DNA of 64,000 nucleotides from Halarcobacter sp. (GTDB lineage: Bacteria > Campylobacterota > Campylobacteria > Campylobacterales > Arcobacteraceae): assembly GCA_963676565.1 (NCBI GenBank), contig OY781089.1, positions 2,880,001-2,944,000 on the forward strand. The letters are read 5' to 3'. Of the stretch, positions 29,874 through 39,099 are shown piece after piece. Positions within the stretch are counted from its first letter, which is position 1. Each line of letters starts with the position of its first letter. The notes beneath the pieces are model-generated. The model was not told where the DNA came from. It ran no database searches and saw only the letters and a list, made by a program, of their open reading frames with translations. Both the position numbers and the translations under genes were made by a program.

Positions 29874-32605
29874 TATAAACTCTCTAAAATTTCTTTAACA
29901 AGTTCTACAGATGAATTGTTTTGTACTTGAGGGGCTTTTTTAAATTGTTTTTTGCCATTGTACCAAAAATCTATTATCGCTACTTTTGAGTCCTTTTCAA
30001 AAGTATATCTTTCACAATAGTTAATATGATTAATATTTATAATTGATATATTATGTTTTTCAATTTTTTCTTTTATTGAAAAATAAAAACTTTCTAAAAA
30101 GTCTTCTTGAAATACAAATTTAGATTTGTCTACTTTGGTTAAAACGATAGTATCTAACAGTTCTTTTTTCAATAATTCAATTAATTTTTCAAAAGTATTA
30201 TTTTCAATAGACTTTATAGAAGTGATTTTATTTTTACCATTATAATAAATTTGAATTCTGTCAATTTTATTGTCTTTCTCAAAACTATAAAGTTCACACC
30301 AAGGATGATGAGCTACTTCCTTTATATTCATATCAAGATATAGACAAATATCATTTACTTTTTTAGAAATTAGCATAGATATACTATCACTTAAAACAGA
30401 ATTATGAGTAGATAAAACTTTTGAAGAATCAAATTCAGAAAAATCTGCTAATTGAATATGAGGTTCATCTAATGTATATAATTTTTTTGAAGCTCTCGTA
30501 ATAGCAGTATAAAGCCATCTAAAATATCCTTTACTTAGTATGCTTTCATGTGTTTTACAATTAATAAATACATTATTCCATTCACTGCCCTGAGCTTTAT
30601 GGCAAGTTAATGCATATCCAAACTTTATTTTTAAGGAATTGAAATATATATCATTTTTTATTTCTTGTTTAAATTCTTCAGAATTAGGTTTTACGTCTTT
30701 TTCTCTCATTCTATTAACAAAATTCACATATAATGCTTTTGCTTCAATTGACTTTAAATCTTTTTCTTTATATTGAGATAAACTACAATTTGCATAAATA
30801 ATTTCAGGATATAATACATTCTCTAATATATAACATTCAAACCAATGTGCCTTATTTGCTTCATTTTTAAAACCTATTTCAACTTTTCTGAAATATAACG
30901 GAACCCTAATTGTAACTGGGGATTCATCTATTTTAAATTTATGTTTTAAAGTCACTTCTTGTATATCATTTTCTAAATAGGGATAGACTTTTCTGACTAA
31001 GCCAAAATCTCCATTATATATGAAAACTCCAAACCTATTATTATTTACTGTTGACATAACTTTATCCCCAGGACAAATGAATTTTTCATCTTGGAAAAAA
31101 TGTTTTCTTATTAAACTGTTATATTCATCTACAACTTTATTAGAATGTGCAATTATTATTGACTCTCCATTTATTGAATAATTACAAGATTCAAGATATT
31201 GACTTAATAAATCAGAGTGTTCAACATGAACAATATCCTTTTTATCTAACTTAATATCAAGTTGATTAAAAATATTTTCACTAATTGATTTTCTTAAAAT
31301 TAATGAATTATCTAAAATTCCGCTATTTTCTTCTTGTCTTACAATCTCTGTTAATTCAAAAGAATCTACAGAAACATTAAACTCTGTTTTTAAATAGTTT
31401 TCATCAAGTGCAGGAGAAAAGTTCATACCCACAGGTGGAAGCTGTGCACTATCCCCAATTAGAATCACTTTTTTATTTTGGTCATTATGATCTAAATTAA
31501 TATATTCGAATAAGTCTGAGAGTAAATTTCCTGTTCCAAATCTTAAAAATTCACTATTTTGTTCAACATCACTAATCATAGAAGATTCATCTATTATATA
31601 TACTGTATTATCTGAATGATCATTTGAAGCTAACTCAAAATAGAATTTAAAAGTTTCACTACCATCAAAGTTTTCAATTTTATAATCTTTTAAATTTTCA
31701 TATTTATAAATAGATTTATGAATAGTAAATGCAGAATTTCCTGTTTTTTCTTTTATCACTTTTGCAGCCTTTCCTGTTGGCGCTGCTAAAAGATAATCTT
31801 TTCCAACGGAAGATAAATATTCAGTTAATCCTTTCGTTATAAATGTTTTTCCTGTTCCTGCATAACCTTTTAATATAAATACATTGATATCTTTACTATT
31901 CAAAAAATTATTTAACTTATCAATTAAACTTATCTGAGAATTAGTTAAGGAATATTCTTCGAAAATCTCGTGTAATGAAATACGTTTATTTATTTCATCA
32001 CTATTAATATTCATTTTTTCTGCAACATTATTATTAGAATTTTTAAAACTACTAATTATTTCTTCATTTTTTAAATTAATCTCTTTTAATTGAGAATTGT
32101 TTCTTTTTTCTATCTCTAAAATATTTTGAAGCTCTTCAATTGTCTTTTCTAATTTATTATATCTTTTACCATTATCGATAGGCTTTATAAAAGGCCTACA
32201 TATTTTATCTTCAACCTTATTGTAACTTTTATAAAACCAACAAGCGATAAGATATGCTTCTTCTATTAGCCATAATGTTTCATTAAAATCAATTTTATTC
32301 TCCCCATGAACAGCTTTATTCCCTTTAATTCTTATTGCATGAAACTTATCTAAAATTGTTCTATTTATAATCTTTTCAAATTCTTTATTCCTCAATTTAT
32401 CCAGTAAATTCCAACTTTTATTACAGTATATATTTAAGTCTCTGTAAATAATGCCAATAGTTAGTTCAATAAAGCAACGAAGTTTCATTAATGAACTTTG
32501 TGGATCTGAGTATGTATATAACTCAGCTTCAACCCCTAACTTGGCAAGCTCTGGCCAAGTATCTTTTAAAAAATTAAAATTATTTGTGATCATATGTGTA
32601 ACCAT
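29873..32605 (-). CDS. DUF4145/HEPN-like + RecD-like SF1 helicase + duplicated C-terminal domain
   Basis: RIKGNKAVH, GYAGTGKT, APTGKAA, IIDESSM, GDSAQLPPV, YALTCHKAQGSEW, YTAITRA. Confidence 0.88.
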   Translation of the reverse strand: MVTHMITNNFNFLKDTWPELAKLGVEAELYTYSDPQSSLMKLRCFIELTIGIIYRDLNIYCNKSWNLLDKLRNKEFEKIINRTILDKFHAIRIKGNKAVHGENKIDFNETLWLIEEAYLIACWFYKSYNKVEDKICRPFIKPIDNGKRYNKLEKTIEELQNILEIEKRNNSQLKEINLKNEEIISSFKNSNNNVAEKMNINSDEINKRISLHEIFEEYSLTNSQISLIDKLNNFLNSKDINVFILKGYAGTGKTFITKGLTEYLSSVGKDYLLAAPTGKAAKVIKEKTGNSAFTIHKSIYKYENLKDYKIENFDGSETFKFYFELASNDHSDNTVYIIDESSMISDVEQNSEFLRFGTGNLLSDLFEYINLDHNDQNKKVILIGDSAQLPPVGMNFSPALDENYLKTEFNVSVDSFELTEIVRQEENSGILDNSLILRKSISENIFNQLDIKLDKKDIVHVEHSDLLSQYLESCNYSINGESIIIAHSNKVVDEYNSLIRKHFFQDEKFICPGDKVMSTVNNNRFGVFIYNGDFGLVRKVYPYLENDIQEVTLKHKFKIDESPVTIRVPLYFRKVEIGFKNEANKAHWFECYILENVLYPEIIYANCSLSQYKEKDLKSIEAKALYVNFVNRMREKDVKPNSEEFKQEIKNDIYFNSLKIKFGYALTCHKAQGSEWNNVFINCKTHESILSKGYFRWLYTAITRASKKLYTLDEPHIQLADFSEFDSSKVLSTHNSVLSDSISMLISKKVNDICLYLDMNIKEVAHHPWCELYSFEKDNKIDRIQIYYNGKNKITSIKSIENNTFEKLIELLKKELLDTIVLTKVDKSKFVFQEDFLESFYFSIKEKIEKHNISIININHINYCERYTFEKDSKVAIIDFWYNGKKQFKKAPQVQNNSSVELVKEILESL

Positions 32606-32651
32606 TGTTATTATATATTATCATTGATTATATCTATAGTATTATTATATA

Positions 32652-32975
32652 TTAATGAGATAAGTGATGGTTTTCAACATCGTAACCAAGGTTAATAAGC
32701 TCATTGTCATTTCTTGTTCCAAGCTGTCTTTTAAGTGCAGCAATATTATGAATCCACTTTTTACCATCTTTGACAAAGTATCTTCCATTATATGCATCTT
32801 CATCATATACAATTTCAAACCCATTTTTTAAAGATAACCTTTCTCTTCTATTAAAGTTTTTAGAATTTGATTTTCTTGCTGAAAGGTAACTACTTCTACT
32901 TTCATATTTTACGGCATATGGTATTCCCTCATTTCCCCAAAGTCCATTTTCTCTTCCATAATCATAATCACTCAT
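32652..32975 (-). CDS. hypothetical protein
   Basis: Likely start MSDYDYGRENGLW at 32975 with AAAGGA RBS. Confidence 0.75.
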   Translation of the reverse strand: MSDYDYGRENGLWGNEGIPYAVKYESRSSYLSARKSNSKNFNRRERLSLKNGFEIVYDEDAYNGRYFVKDGKKWIHNIAALKRQLGTRNDNELINLGYDVENHHLSH

Positions 32976-33003
32976 AACAAATCCTTTCAATTTATATGTT
33001 GTA

Positions 33004-33035
33004 ATTGTAAATATAATTATAGACATATATTGTCT
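33004..33035 (-). promoter_or_regulatory. box-1 promoter (leftward)
   Basis: AGACA atata TGTCT - 11 nt - TACAAT. Confidence 0.75.
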
Positions 33036-33073
33036 ATCTAAAATATAATTAATTTATATTCCTAATTTATAAA

Positions 33074-33105
33074 AGACATTATATGTCCAAACTAAAAAGT
33101 AAACT
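33074..33105 (+). promoter_or_regulatory. box-1 promoter (rightward)
   Basis: AGACA ttata TGTCC - 11 nt - TAAACT. Confidence 0.7.
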
Positions 33106-33129
33106 TCATAATTGAAATTGGAGAAAAAG

Positions 33130-34206
33130 ATGAAAAATAGAAAAAGAACTTTAGATATTAGAGTTATTCAATCATTACAAAAAAAACTAAATAAAAGTAT
33201 ATTTGCTCAAGACGAAGCTATATCAACATTAGTTGATTATATAACCATTAGTGCAGTTGGATTAAATAATAAAGAAAAACCAATTGGTTCTTTTCTCTTT
33301 ACAGGGCCAACAGGAGTTGGTAAAACAGAACTTGCAAAACAATTAGCAAAAAACCTTAATTTACATTTTCAAAGATTTGATATGAGTGAATATAGTACAG
33401 AAAGAAGTGCTGATAATCTAATAGGTGGTGCTGCTGGATTAGTAGGTTATGATGAAGGTGGACTTCTTACTAATGCAATATTAGACAACCCTGATTGTAT
33501 ATTGTTATTTGATGAAATAGAAAAAGCTGATAAATCAATATTAAATAAATTCTTACAAATTATGGATTATGGAAAACTAACAAGCTCAAAAGGAGAAGAA
33601 GTCTATTTTAATAATACTATCGTCATATTTACATCAAATTTAGGTTCAATAAAAACTACAAGAAGAACTGCTGGCTTTGGTTCTAAAACATATATTGAAA
33701 CAGAAAATGGTTTTGATGAATATCTAAGTCCTGAGTTTATAGGAAGAATAAATCAAATTGTAGAATTTAATCCAACAAATAAAGAGATATCAAAAATGAT
33801 TGTAAAAAAATTTTTTAATCAAATTGAAGAGATGTTAAAAAATAGAAATATTAGTGTTAAAGCTACTGAAGATATCATTAATAAAATCATTGAGAATAGT
33901 AATTCTAATTTAGGGGCAAGAAACTTAGAAAACTTAATCACTCAAAATATAAAAGTTATCATATCTCAAGAACTGCTATTAGGAAAAATTACAAACAATT
34001 CAATAATACTCTTTGATTGGGATAAAGATACTAATGAATACAAATATACTATTGAAAAAGCAGAGGTTTTAATTAAAATCCCTGAAATATTGTATGACAC
34101 TCCATATTTTAAGAATGCTGAAGAAGCACAAAACTATGCAAAACAAAACCCTGGAACAGTAATTATGAGAGATCCAAATACAGATGGATATATTATAAAA
34201 GAATGA
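33130..34206 (+). CDS. ClpA/ClpB-like single AAA+ (D2) domain ATPase
   Basis: GSFLFTGPTGVGKTELAK, RFDMSEY, LLFDEIEKA, PEFIGRI, GAR; lacks the N-domain and D1. Confidence 0.88.
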   Translation: MKNRKRTLDIRVIQSLQKKLNKSIFAQDEAISTLVDYITISAVGLNNKEKPIGSFLFTGPTGVGKTELAKQLAKNLNLHFQRFDMSEYSTERSADNLIGGAAGLVGYDEGGLLTNAILDNPDCILLFDEIEKADKSILNKFLQIMDYGKLTSSKGEEVYFNNTIVIFTSNLGSIKTTRRTAGFGSKTYIETENGFDEYLSPEFIGRINQIVEFNPTNKEISKMIVKKFFNQIEEMLKNRNISVKATEDIINKIIENSNSNLGARNLENLITQNIKVIISQELLLGKITNNSIILFDWDKDTNEYKYTIEKAEVLIKIPEILYDTPYFKNAEEAQNYAKQNPGTVIMRDPNTDGYIIKE

Positions 34207-34214
34207 TATTAAAT

Positions 34215-34246
34215 AGACAATATATGTCTAAAACTATCTTTATAAT
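34215..34246 (+). promoter_or_regulatory. box-1 promoter
   Basis: AGACA atata TGTCT - 11 nt - TATAAT. Confidence 0.78.
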
Positions 34247-34277
34247 TACAATATAAAATTTAAAGAAGGAGTTTAAG

Positions 34278-34565
34278 ATGGTAGCAGTAACAACACACGG
34301 GATGGAAAGAATGAATCAAAGAGGTATCACAAAAGAGATGATAGAGATTGTTTTAGAGTATGGTGATTATATTCAGGATAAAGTCATCTTAAACTCAAGA
34401 AAACTAAAAAAACTAATAAAAAAAGTTTCTAAAGATTCAAAGCCAAAACTTTTAAAAGTATTGGATAAAGGTGGATTAGTAGTAGTTTTAAGTGATGATA
34501 ATACAGTAATTACAACATACAATCATAATAGAAAACCATTTCATAAAAGGACTGTAAATGTTTAA
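34278..34565 (+). CDS. DUF4258-like (RelE/BrnT-fold) small protein
   Basis: TTHGMERMNQRGIT...VLEYG...LVVV...VITTY. Confidence 0.7.
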   Translation: MVAVTTHGMERMNQRGITKEMIEIVLEYGDYIQDKVILNSRKLKKLIKKVSKDSKPKLLKVLDKGGLVVVLSDDNTVITTYNHNRKPFHKRTVNV

Positions 34566-34787
34566 TGAAGTACAAAAAGAGTTTGACTCAAGTGTGAGAA
34601 GACTTGCAGAAAATAGTCTATTAAAAAAACTAAAAAAGCAAGGTATCAAAGAAGTGATATATCAAATGAACAGTTTGAAGAGTTTTTAGAAGCTGAAATA
34701 GAAATTATAAAAACAGATGGTAAAAAAGTTGGAGCTGGTATGGCTGTTGGTATTGGAATATCAATATTAACTGGTGGATTATTTTAA
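34558..34787 (+). pseudogene. small membrane-anchored protein with one frameshift (resembles 35072-35347)
   Basis: MFNEVQKEFDSSVRRLAENSLLKKLKKQGIK / SDISNEQFEEFLEAEIEIIKTDGKKVGAGMAVGIGISILTGGLF. Confidence 0.6.
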
Positions 34788-34796
34788 AGGACTACT

Positions 34797-35075
34797 ATGA
34801 ATACAAAAGAGTTAGAAAAAATTATAGATGGGACTTCAAGAAAATCAACAGCAGGGAAGGTTTGGACTATTACAAAATTCTTGTCAGTTTGTGGATGGTG
34901 TACTGGCAAATTTATTGTTAAAAATACTCCTACTGTATTAGGTGCTGCATGGGAGATAAAAAGAGAGATAAGTGATTCTATTGTTGAAGAGTATCAAGAG
35001 TATAAGAAAGAACAAAAAAAGCTTGAAATGGAAGAGAGAATAAAAATGCTTACACATAAAGGAGCAAAAAAATGA
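34797..35075 (+). CDS. hypothetical protein
   Basis: AAGGA RBS; coupled to the next gene. Confidence 0.7.
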   Translation: MNTKELEKIIDGTSRKSTAGKVWTITKFLSVCGWCTGKFIVKNTPTVLGAAWEIKREISDSIVEEYQEYKKEQKKLEMEERIKMLTHKGAKK

Positions 35076-35347
35076 GTGCTGAAAAACTACTTGATGACGC
35101 AATAAAATCTATAAAAGATGGAGCTAATACAGTATCAAACAAATATGAAGAACATATTAGAGAAAAAGCTATAGAAAAAGTAAATGCAAAAATCACTGAA
35201 AAAGGTTTAAATGTTGAACAAATAGAATCAGATGATTATGAAGCAATGATTTCTGATCTCTCAAAAGATATAAAAGAGGACTATGCAAAAAAAGCTTCAC
35301 AAGGTTTATTAGCATTTATTGGTCTTGATATGTTAATTGGATTTTAG
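35072..35347 (+). CDS. hypothetical protein with C-terminal hydrophobic tail
   Basis: ATGA overlap, AGGAG RBS. Confidence 0.7.
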   Translation: MSAEKLLDDAIKSIKDGANTVSNKYEEHIREKAIEKVNAKITEKGLNVEQIESDDYEAMISDLSKDIKEDYAKKASQGLLAFIGLDMLIGF

Positions 35348-35355
35348 GAGATTAG

Positions 35356-35736
35356 ATGTTAAAACTACTATTTAAAACAACTGCATACTATATCATATGG
35401 CAAAAGTTTAAGAAACAGATTATCTTAGTCTTTTCTTCAATAATACTAATCTCATTTATTGGAATAATCTACGAAGATTTACTTGAAGTAATGAAAGTAA
35501 ATAATAGAGATAGTGTAGGAGTATTGTTATTCTTCAAATGGTTTCTAATTTTTTCTATCATAGGTTTTAATATCTATGTTTTAAGAAAAACAAACATAGA
35601 TCCAAAAGAATTAAACTCCTCAAAACAAAAAGAACCATTTTTTACAAACTACTCAAAAAAAGAGCAAGAGATTCTAAAGAAAGAAGATGAGCTTATAACT
35701 ATTACTGATTTGATTTTAAAGAAGTATGAGAACTAA
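35356..35736 (+). CDS. hypothetical membrane protein (2 TM)
   Basis: Two hydrophobic segments, AGGAG RBS. Confidence 0.7.
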   Translation: MLKLLFKTTAYYIIWQKFKKQIILVFSSIILISFIGIIYEDLLEVMKVNNRDSVGVLLFFKWFLIFSIIGFNIYVLRKTNIDPKELNSSKQKEPFFTNYSKKEQEILKKEDELITITDLILKKYEN

Positions 35737-35737
35737 T

Positions 35738-36094
35738 ATGAAAACTATAACTCTAATTGCATTTATTCTATCTCTTTTAACTGCTTGTTCATCTGTAAAA
35801 AAGAATGAAAAATACTATCAAACAAACTTCTGTGAAGATTTAAATGGAAAAATAGAGTATAGATTAAAAGATAAAACAAGAGTAGATTGTCTAACAAATG
35901 ATTTTGCCATAGAAGTTGACTGGGCGAAAAAATGGGCTGAAGCTATTGGACAATCACTTTATTATTCTGAAATGACAAATAAAAAAGCAGCCATAGCTTT
36001 AATAGCCTCTTCAAAAGATAAAAGATTTATAAAAAGAGCAAAGAGATTAAGTGAAAAGTTTGATATTAAAATATTCATTATAGAAAAAGAGTAA
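35738..36094 (+). CDS. lipoprotein with restriction-endonuclease-like fold
   Basis: Lipobox LLTAC; RVDCLT...AIEVDW...EAIGQSLYY. Confidence 0.6.
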   Translation: MKTITLIAFILSLLTACSSVKKNEKYYQTNFCEDLNGKIEYRLKDKTRVDCLTNDFAIEVDWAKKWAEAIGQSLYYSEMTNKKAAIALIASSKDKRFIKRAKRLSEKFDIKIFIIEKE

Positions 36095-36095
36095 G

Positions 36096-37949
36096 ATGAA
36101 AGATAAAAGCCAAAGAGAAATTAGACTATTAAAAATATTCTTACTGTTTTTATTTATCACTTTTTGCTTGATAGCTTTACTGCTATCAACACTTAGCACT
36201 ATAAATAGTGATAGAAAAATCCCACCAATGACTATTTCCAAAAGTGAATTAGCAATAAGAGGAGATGTTTTTAGTAGTGATGATTTTAAAATAACTACTT
36301 CAAAAAAGATTTATAAAGCCTCTATTGATACAAGATATTTAGATACAAATAAAAAAGAGCTGTTTGTAAAACTATTTTCAATATATAGCAATATTCCATA
36401 TCAAAGAATATTAAAAAAAGTAGATAACTCTTTAAAAAAACCCTCAAATTTGGTTCTATCATATAACATAGATTCAAGAACTGCAAAAAATCTAAAAGAG
36501 CTCGGATTTAAACTAAGAAAACTAAATGTGTTTATCGCAAGAAGAGTAAATGGAATAAGAAATCTAAGAGGTCTTAGTATTATTGAAAGTGGAGAAAAAA
36601 GAGTCTATTCATATAAAAACACTTTAACTCCTGCAGTTGGTTATATAAGAAAATTTGAATCAAAAAAAGGAAAAACAAAAGTAAAAGGAATAAAAGGTAT
36701 TGAAAAAAAGTTTGATGGTATTTTAAATGGTAGTAATGATGGTTTACTAAAAGGAAATAGAGATGTTCTTTCATATATTAACTTTGATAAAAACTCCATT
36801 TTAAAACAAAGAGTTGATGGAGCAAATATTCATCTAAATATTCCCCTAAGACTTCAAAAGAACATAGAGATGATTTTAGATATCTATAAAAAGAAATTAA
36901 AAGCAGATGAGATTATAGTTTCTGTTATGGAAAGCTCTTCTGGAAATGTATTAACATTAGCCTCTTCTAATAGATTCAACCCTGAAAAGATTCTAACTAA
37001 AGATATGTCTTCATTAAATGTAAAAGCAGTAGAGTATCCATTTGAGCCAGGATCAGTTATAAAACCTATTTCCATATCGTTAGTTTTAGATAAAAAAAGA
37101 GTTAAAAGCAATAAACTATTTTTAGCCTATAATTTAAAAGGAAAGCCAAATAAAAAAGGAAAGTACCCAAAAGGAAGATATAAAATTGGAAGGTTTTGGA
37201 TTAGAGATGATCATAGATTTAAAAAGCATTATCTAACAATAGATGATATAGTTATATTCTCTTCAAATATTGGAACACTTCAACTTGCACAAAAATTATC
37301 AGGAAAAGAGATGCTTAAGGGTATGCAAAGATTTGGGTTTACTAAAAGAACAGGAATAGAATTACCTTATGAAAAAACAGGAAAGCTTCCCTCTTTAAAA
37401 CAATTATCAGTAGGTGAAAGTAAAAACAAAGATAATGTATATAAAGCAACTGTATCTTATGGACAAGGTATGACTTCTACTTTTATGCAAGTATTAAAAG
37501 CATATACAGTATTTAACAATAAAGGATATATATCAACTCCAAAACTAATCTCTTTTATAGAATCAAATAAAGGAATTTGTGAAGCACCAATTAGTAGTAA
37601 AGAAAGAGTTCTTTCAAAAGAGACTGCAGATGAGATAAAAAGACTTTTAATAAAAACGGTAAATAAAGGAACAGGAAAAGCTGCGAAAATTGAAGGTTTG
37701 GAAATTGGAGGAAAAACAGGAACTGCACAAATAGCAAGAAGAGGTAAATATCAAAAGAAGTATATCTCTTCATTTTTTGGCTTTGCAAATGATAGTAAAA
37801 ACTCATACACCATTGGAGTAACTGTCTTTAATCCAAATTCAAAAGGTAAACATTGGTATCAGTATTATGCTTCTAAATCTGCTGTTCCTGTATTTAAAGA
37901 AGTAGTAAATACTCTTTTAAAGTTTAACTACTTAAACAATAGTAAGTAG
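36096..37949 (+). CDS. class B penicillin-binding protein (FtsI/PBP3-like paralog)
   Basis: N-terminal TM, RGDV, SxxK (GSVIK), SxN (SSN), KTG (GKTGTAQ). Confidence 0.92.
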   Translation: MKDKSQREIRLLKIFLLFLFITFCLIALLLSTLSTINSDRKIPPMTISKSELAIRGDVFSSDDFKITTSKKIYKASIDTRYLDTNKKELFVKLFSIYSNIPYQRILKKVDNSLKKPSNLVLSYNIDSRTAKNLKELGFKLRKLNVFIARRVNGIRNLRGLSIIESGEKRVYSYKNTLTPAVGYIRKFESKKGKTKVKGIKGIEKKFDGILNGSNDGLLKGNRDVLSYINFDKNSILKQRVDGANIHLNIPLRLQKNIEMILDIYKKKLKADEIIVSVMESSSGNVLTLASSNRFNPEKILTKDMSSLNVKAVEYPFEPGSVIKPISISLVLDKKRVKSNKLFLAYNLKGKPNKKGKYPKGRYKIGRFWIRDDHRFKKHYLTIDDIVIFSSNIGTLQLAQKLSGKEMLKGMQRFGFTKRTGIELPYEKTGKLPSLKQLSVGESKNKDNVYKATVSYGQGMTSTFMQVLKAYTVFNNKGYISTPKLISFIESNKGICEAPISSKERVLSKETADEIKRLLIKTVNKGTGKAAKIEGLEIGGKTGTAQIARRGKYQKKYISSFFGFANDSKNSYTIGVTVFNPNSKGKHWYQYYASKSAVPVFKEVVNTLLKFNYLNNSK

Positions 37950-37979
37950 ACATTATATGACCAAGATAATAAGTAAAAT
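37948..37979 (+). promoter_or_regulatory. box-1 promoter
   Basis: AGACA ttata TGACC - 11 nt - TAAAAT. Confidence 0.7.
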
Positions 37980-38003
37980 CTTTTTAAATAAAAGGATTTA
38001 TAT

Positions 38004-38369
38004 ATGAAGTTTACATACCAAGAAGTTAAAGATATTTCAATGTTAATAGAGGCTTTTCAAAAAGAGTACTGGGTACATAGAAGTATGCATGACAAAGATT
38101 ATCCTTTTGAAAACTTATTACCATTAAATTTACTTGATGAAATTATCTATAGATTAAAAGAAGTATCAAATATAAAATCAAAGTATGCAGATTTTATCGA
38201 ACTAAAATCAGATATTGATTTTATTGAAGAGTATTATGAGATAAAGAAATTCCCAAATGTCAATATTTGGTTATCAAATACAAATAGTACTTTAAGAGAG
38301 ACTTTCTCTTCATATATTGAACAAGTAAAAAAAGTAAATCATTATGAAAAGAGTAGAAATGAAAATTAG
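38004..38369 (+). CDS. hypothetical protein
   Basis: 121-aa ORF with AAGGA RBS. Confidence 0.7.
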   Translation: MKFTYQEVKDISMLIEAFQKEYWVHRSMHDKDYPFENLLPLNLLDEIIYRLKEVSNIKSKYADFIELKSDIDFIEEYYEIKKFPNVNIWLSNTNSTLRETFSSYIEQVKKVNHYEKSRNEN

Positions 38370-39099
38370 AATAGCTTTATTTTTAACTATTTTTCTTTTT
38401 AATGTAAATAGCTTTGCAAGTGAATATAGTGACTATATAGTAAAAATACATGTTGGAAAAATTTATAATAGTGAAGAAGAGAGACTATATAGCCAAGGAG
38501 AATTAGTCTATTTAGAAGGTACTGGTTTAATTCTTAATAACAATAAAGTCTTAACATCGGCTAATTTATTAAGAGATTCAAACTGGATTACTATAAATAA
38601 AGAGAACCTACATAAATGGTATAGAGCAAAAATAGTTGAAGTCTCTTATATTACAAACTTAGCTATTTTGGAGATTGAGAATTATGAAATATCAGAAACT
38701 TTAAAACCTATATCTTTTGCAAAAAAAGTAGAAAAAGAAAGTATAGTTTCAGTTGTTGGCTTTGAAGCTGGGAACAATGAACTAACTATTTCCAAAAATC
38801 TTATATCAAGAATTAAAAAAAGTAATAAAAACAACTACAATATAAATTTCCCTGTAATACAGATTGACAGAGACTTAAATCATATTATCAGTGGAGCAGT
38901 TGTTTTAAATCTAAAAAATGAGTTAGTTGGAATTGGTATGCAGCCTTCTGAATATTTTAGTAGTAAAGCTTATATTGTTCCAATAGACTTAATAAGAATA
39001 TTTTTAAATGATTTAAACTACAAGAAGAGAAAAAGAAGAGATTACTTTTTTAAAAGAGAGCAATTTATCAATTTATTTGCAAAAGGAAAAAATATATGA
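38344..39099 (+). CDS. trypsin-like (HtrA-type) peptidase domain protein, probably inactive
   Basis: GTGLIL...LTSANLL (His missing), NLAIL (Asp missing), ISGAVV; signal peptide. Confidence 0.65.
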   Translation: MKRVEMKIRIALFLTIFLFNVNSFASEYSDYIVKIHVGKIYNSEEERLYSQGELVYLEGTGLILNNNKVLTSANLLRDSNWITINKENLHKWYRAKIVEVSYITNLAILEIENYEISETLKPISFAKKVEKESIVSVVGFEAGNNELTISKNLISRIKKSNKNNYNINFPVIQIDRDLNHIISGAVVLNLKNELVGIGMQPSEYFSSKAYIVPIDLIRIFLNDLNYKKRKRRDYFFKREQFINLFAKGKNI

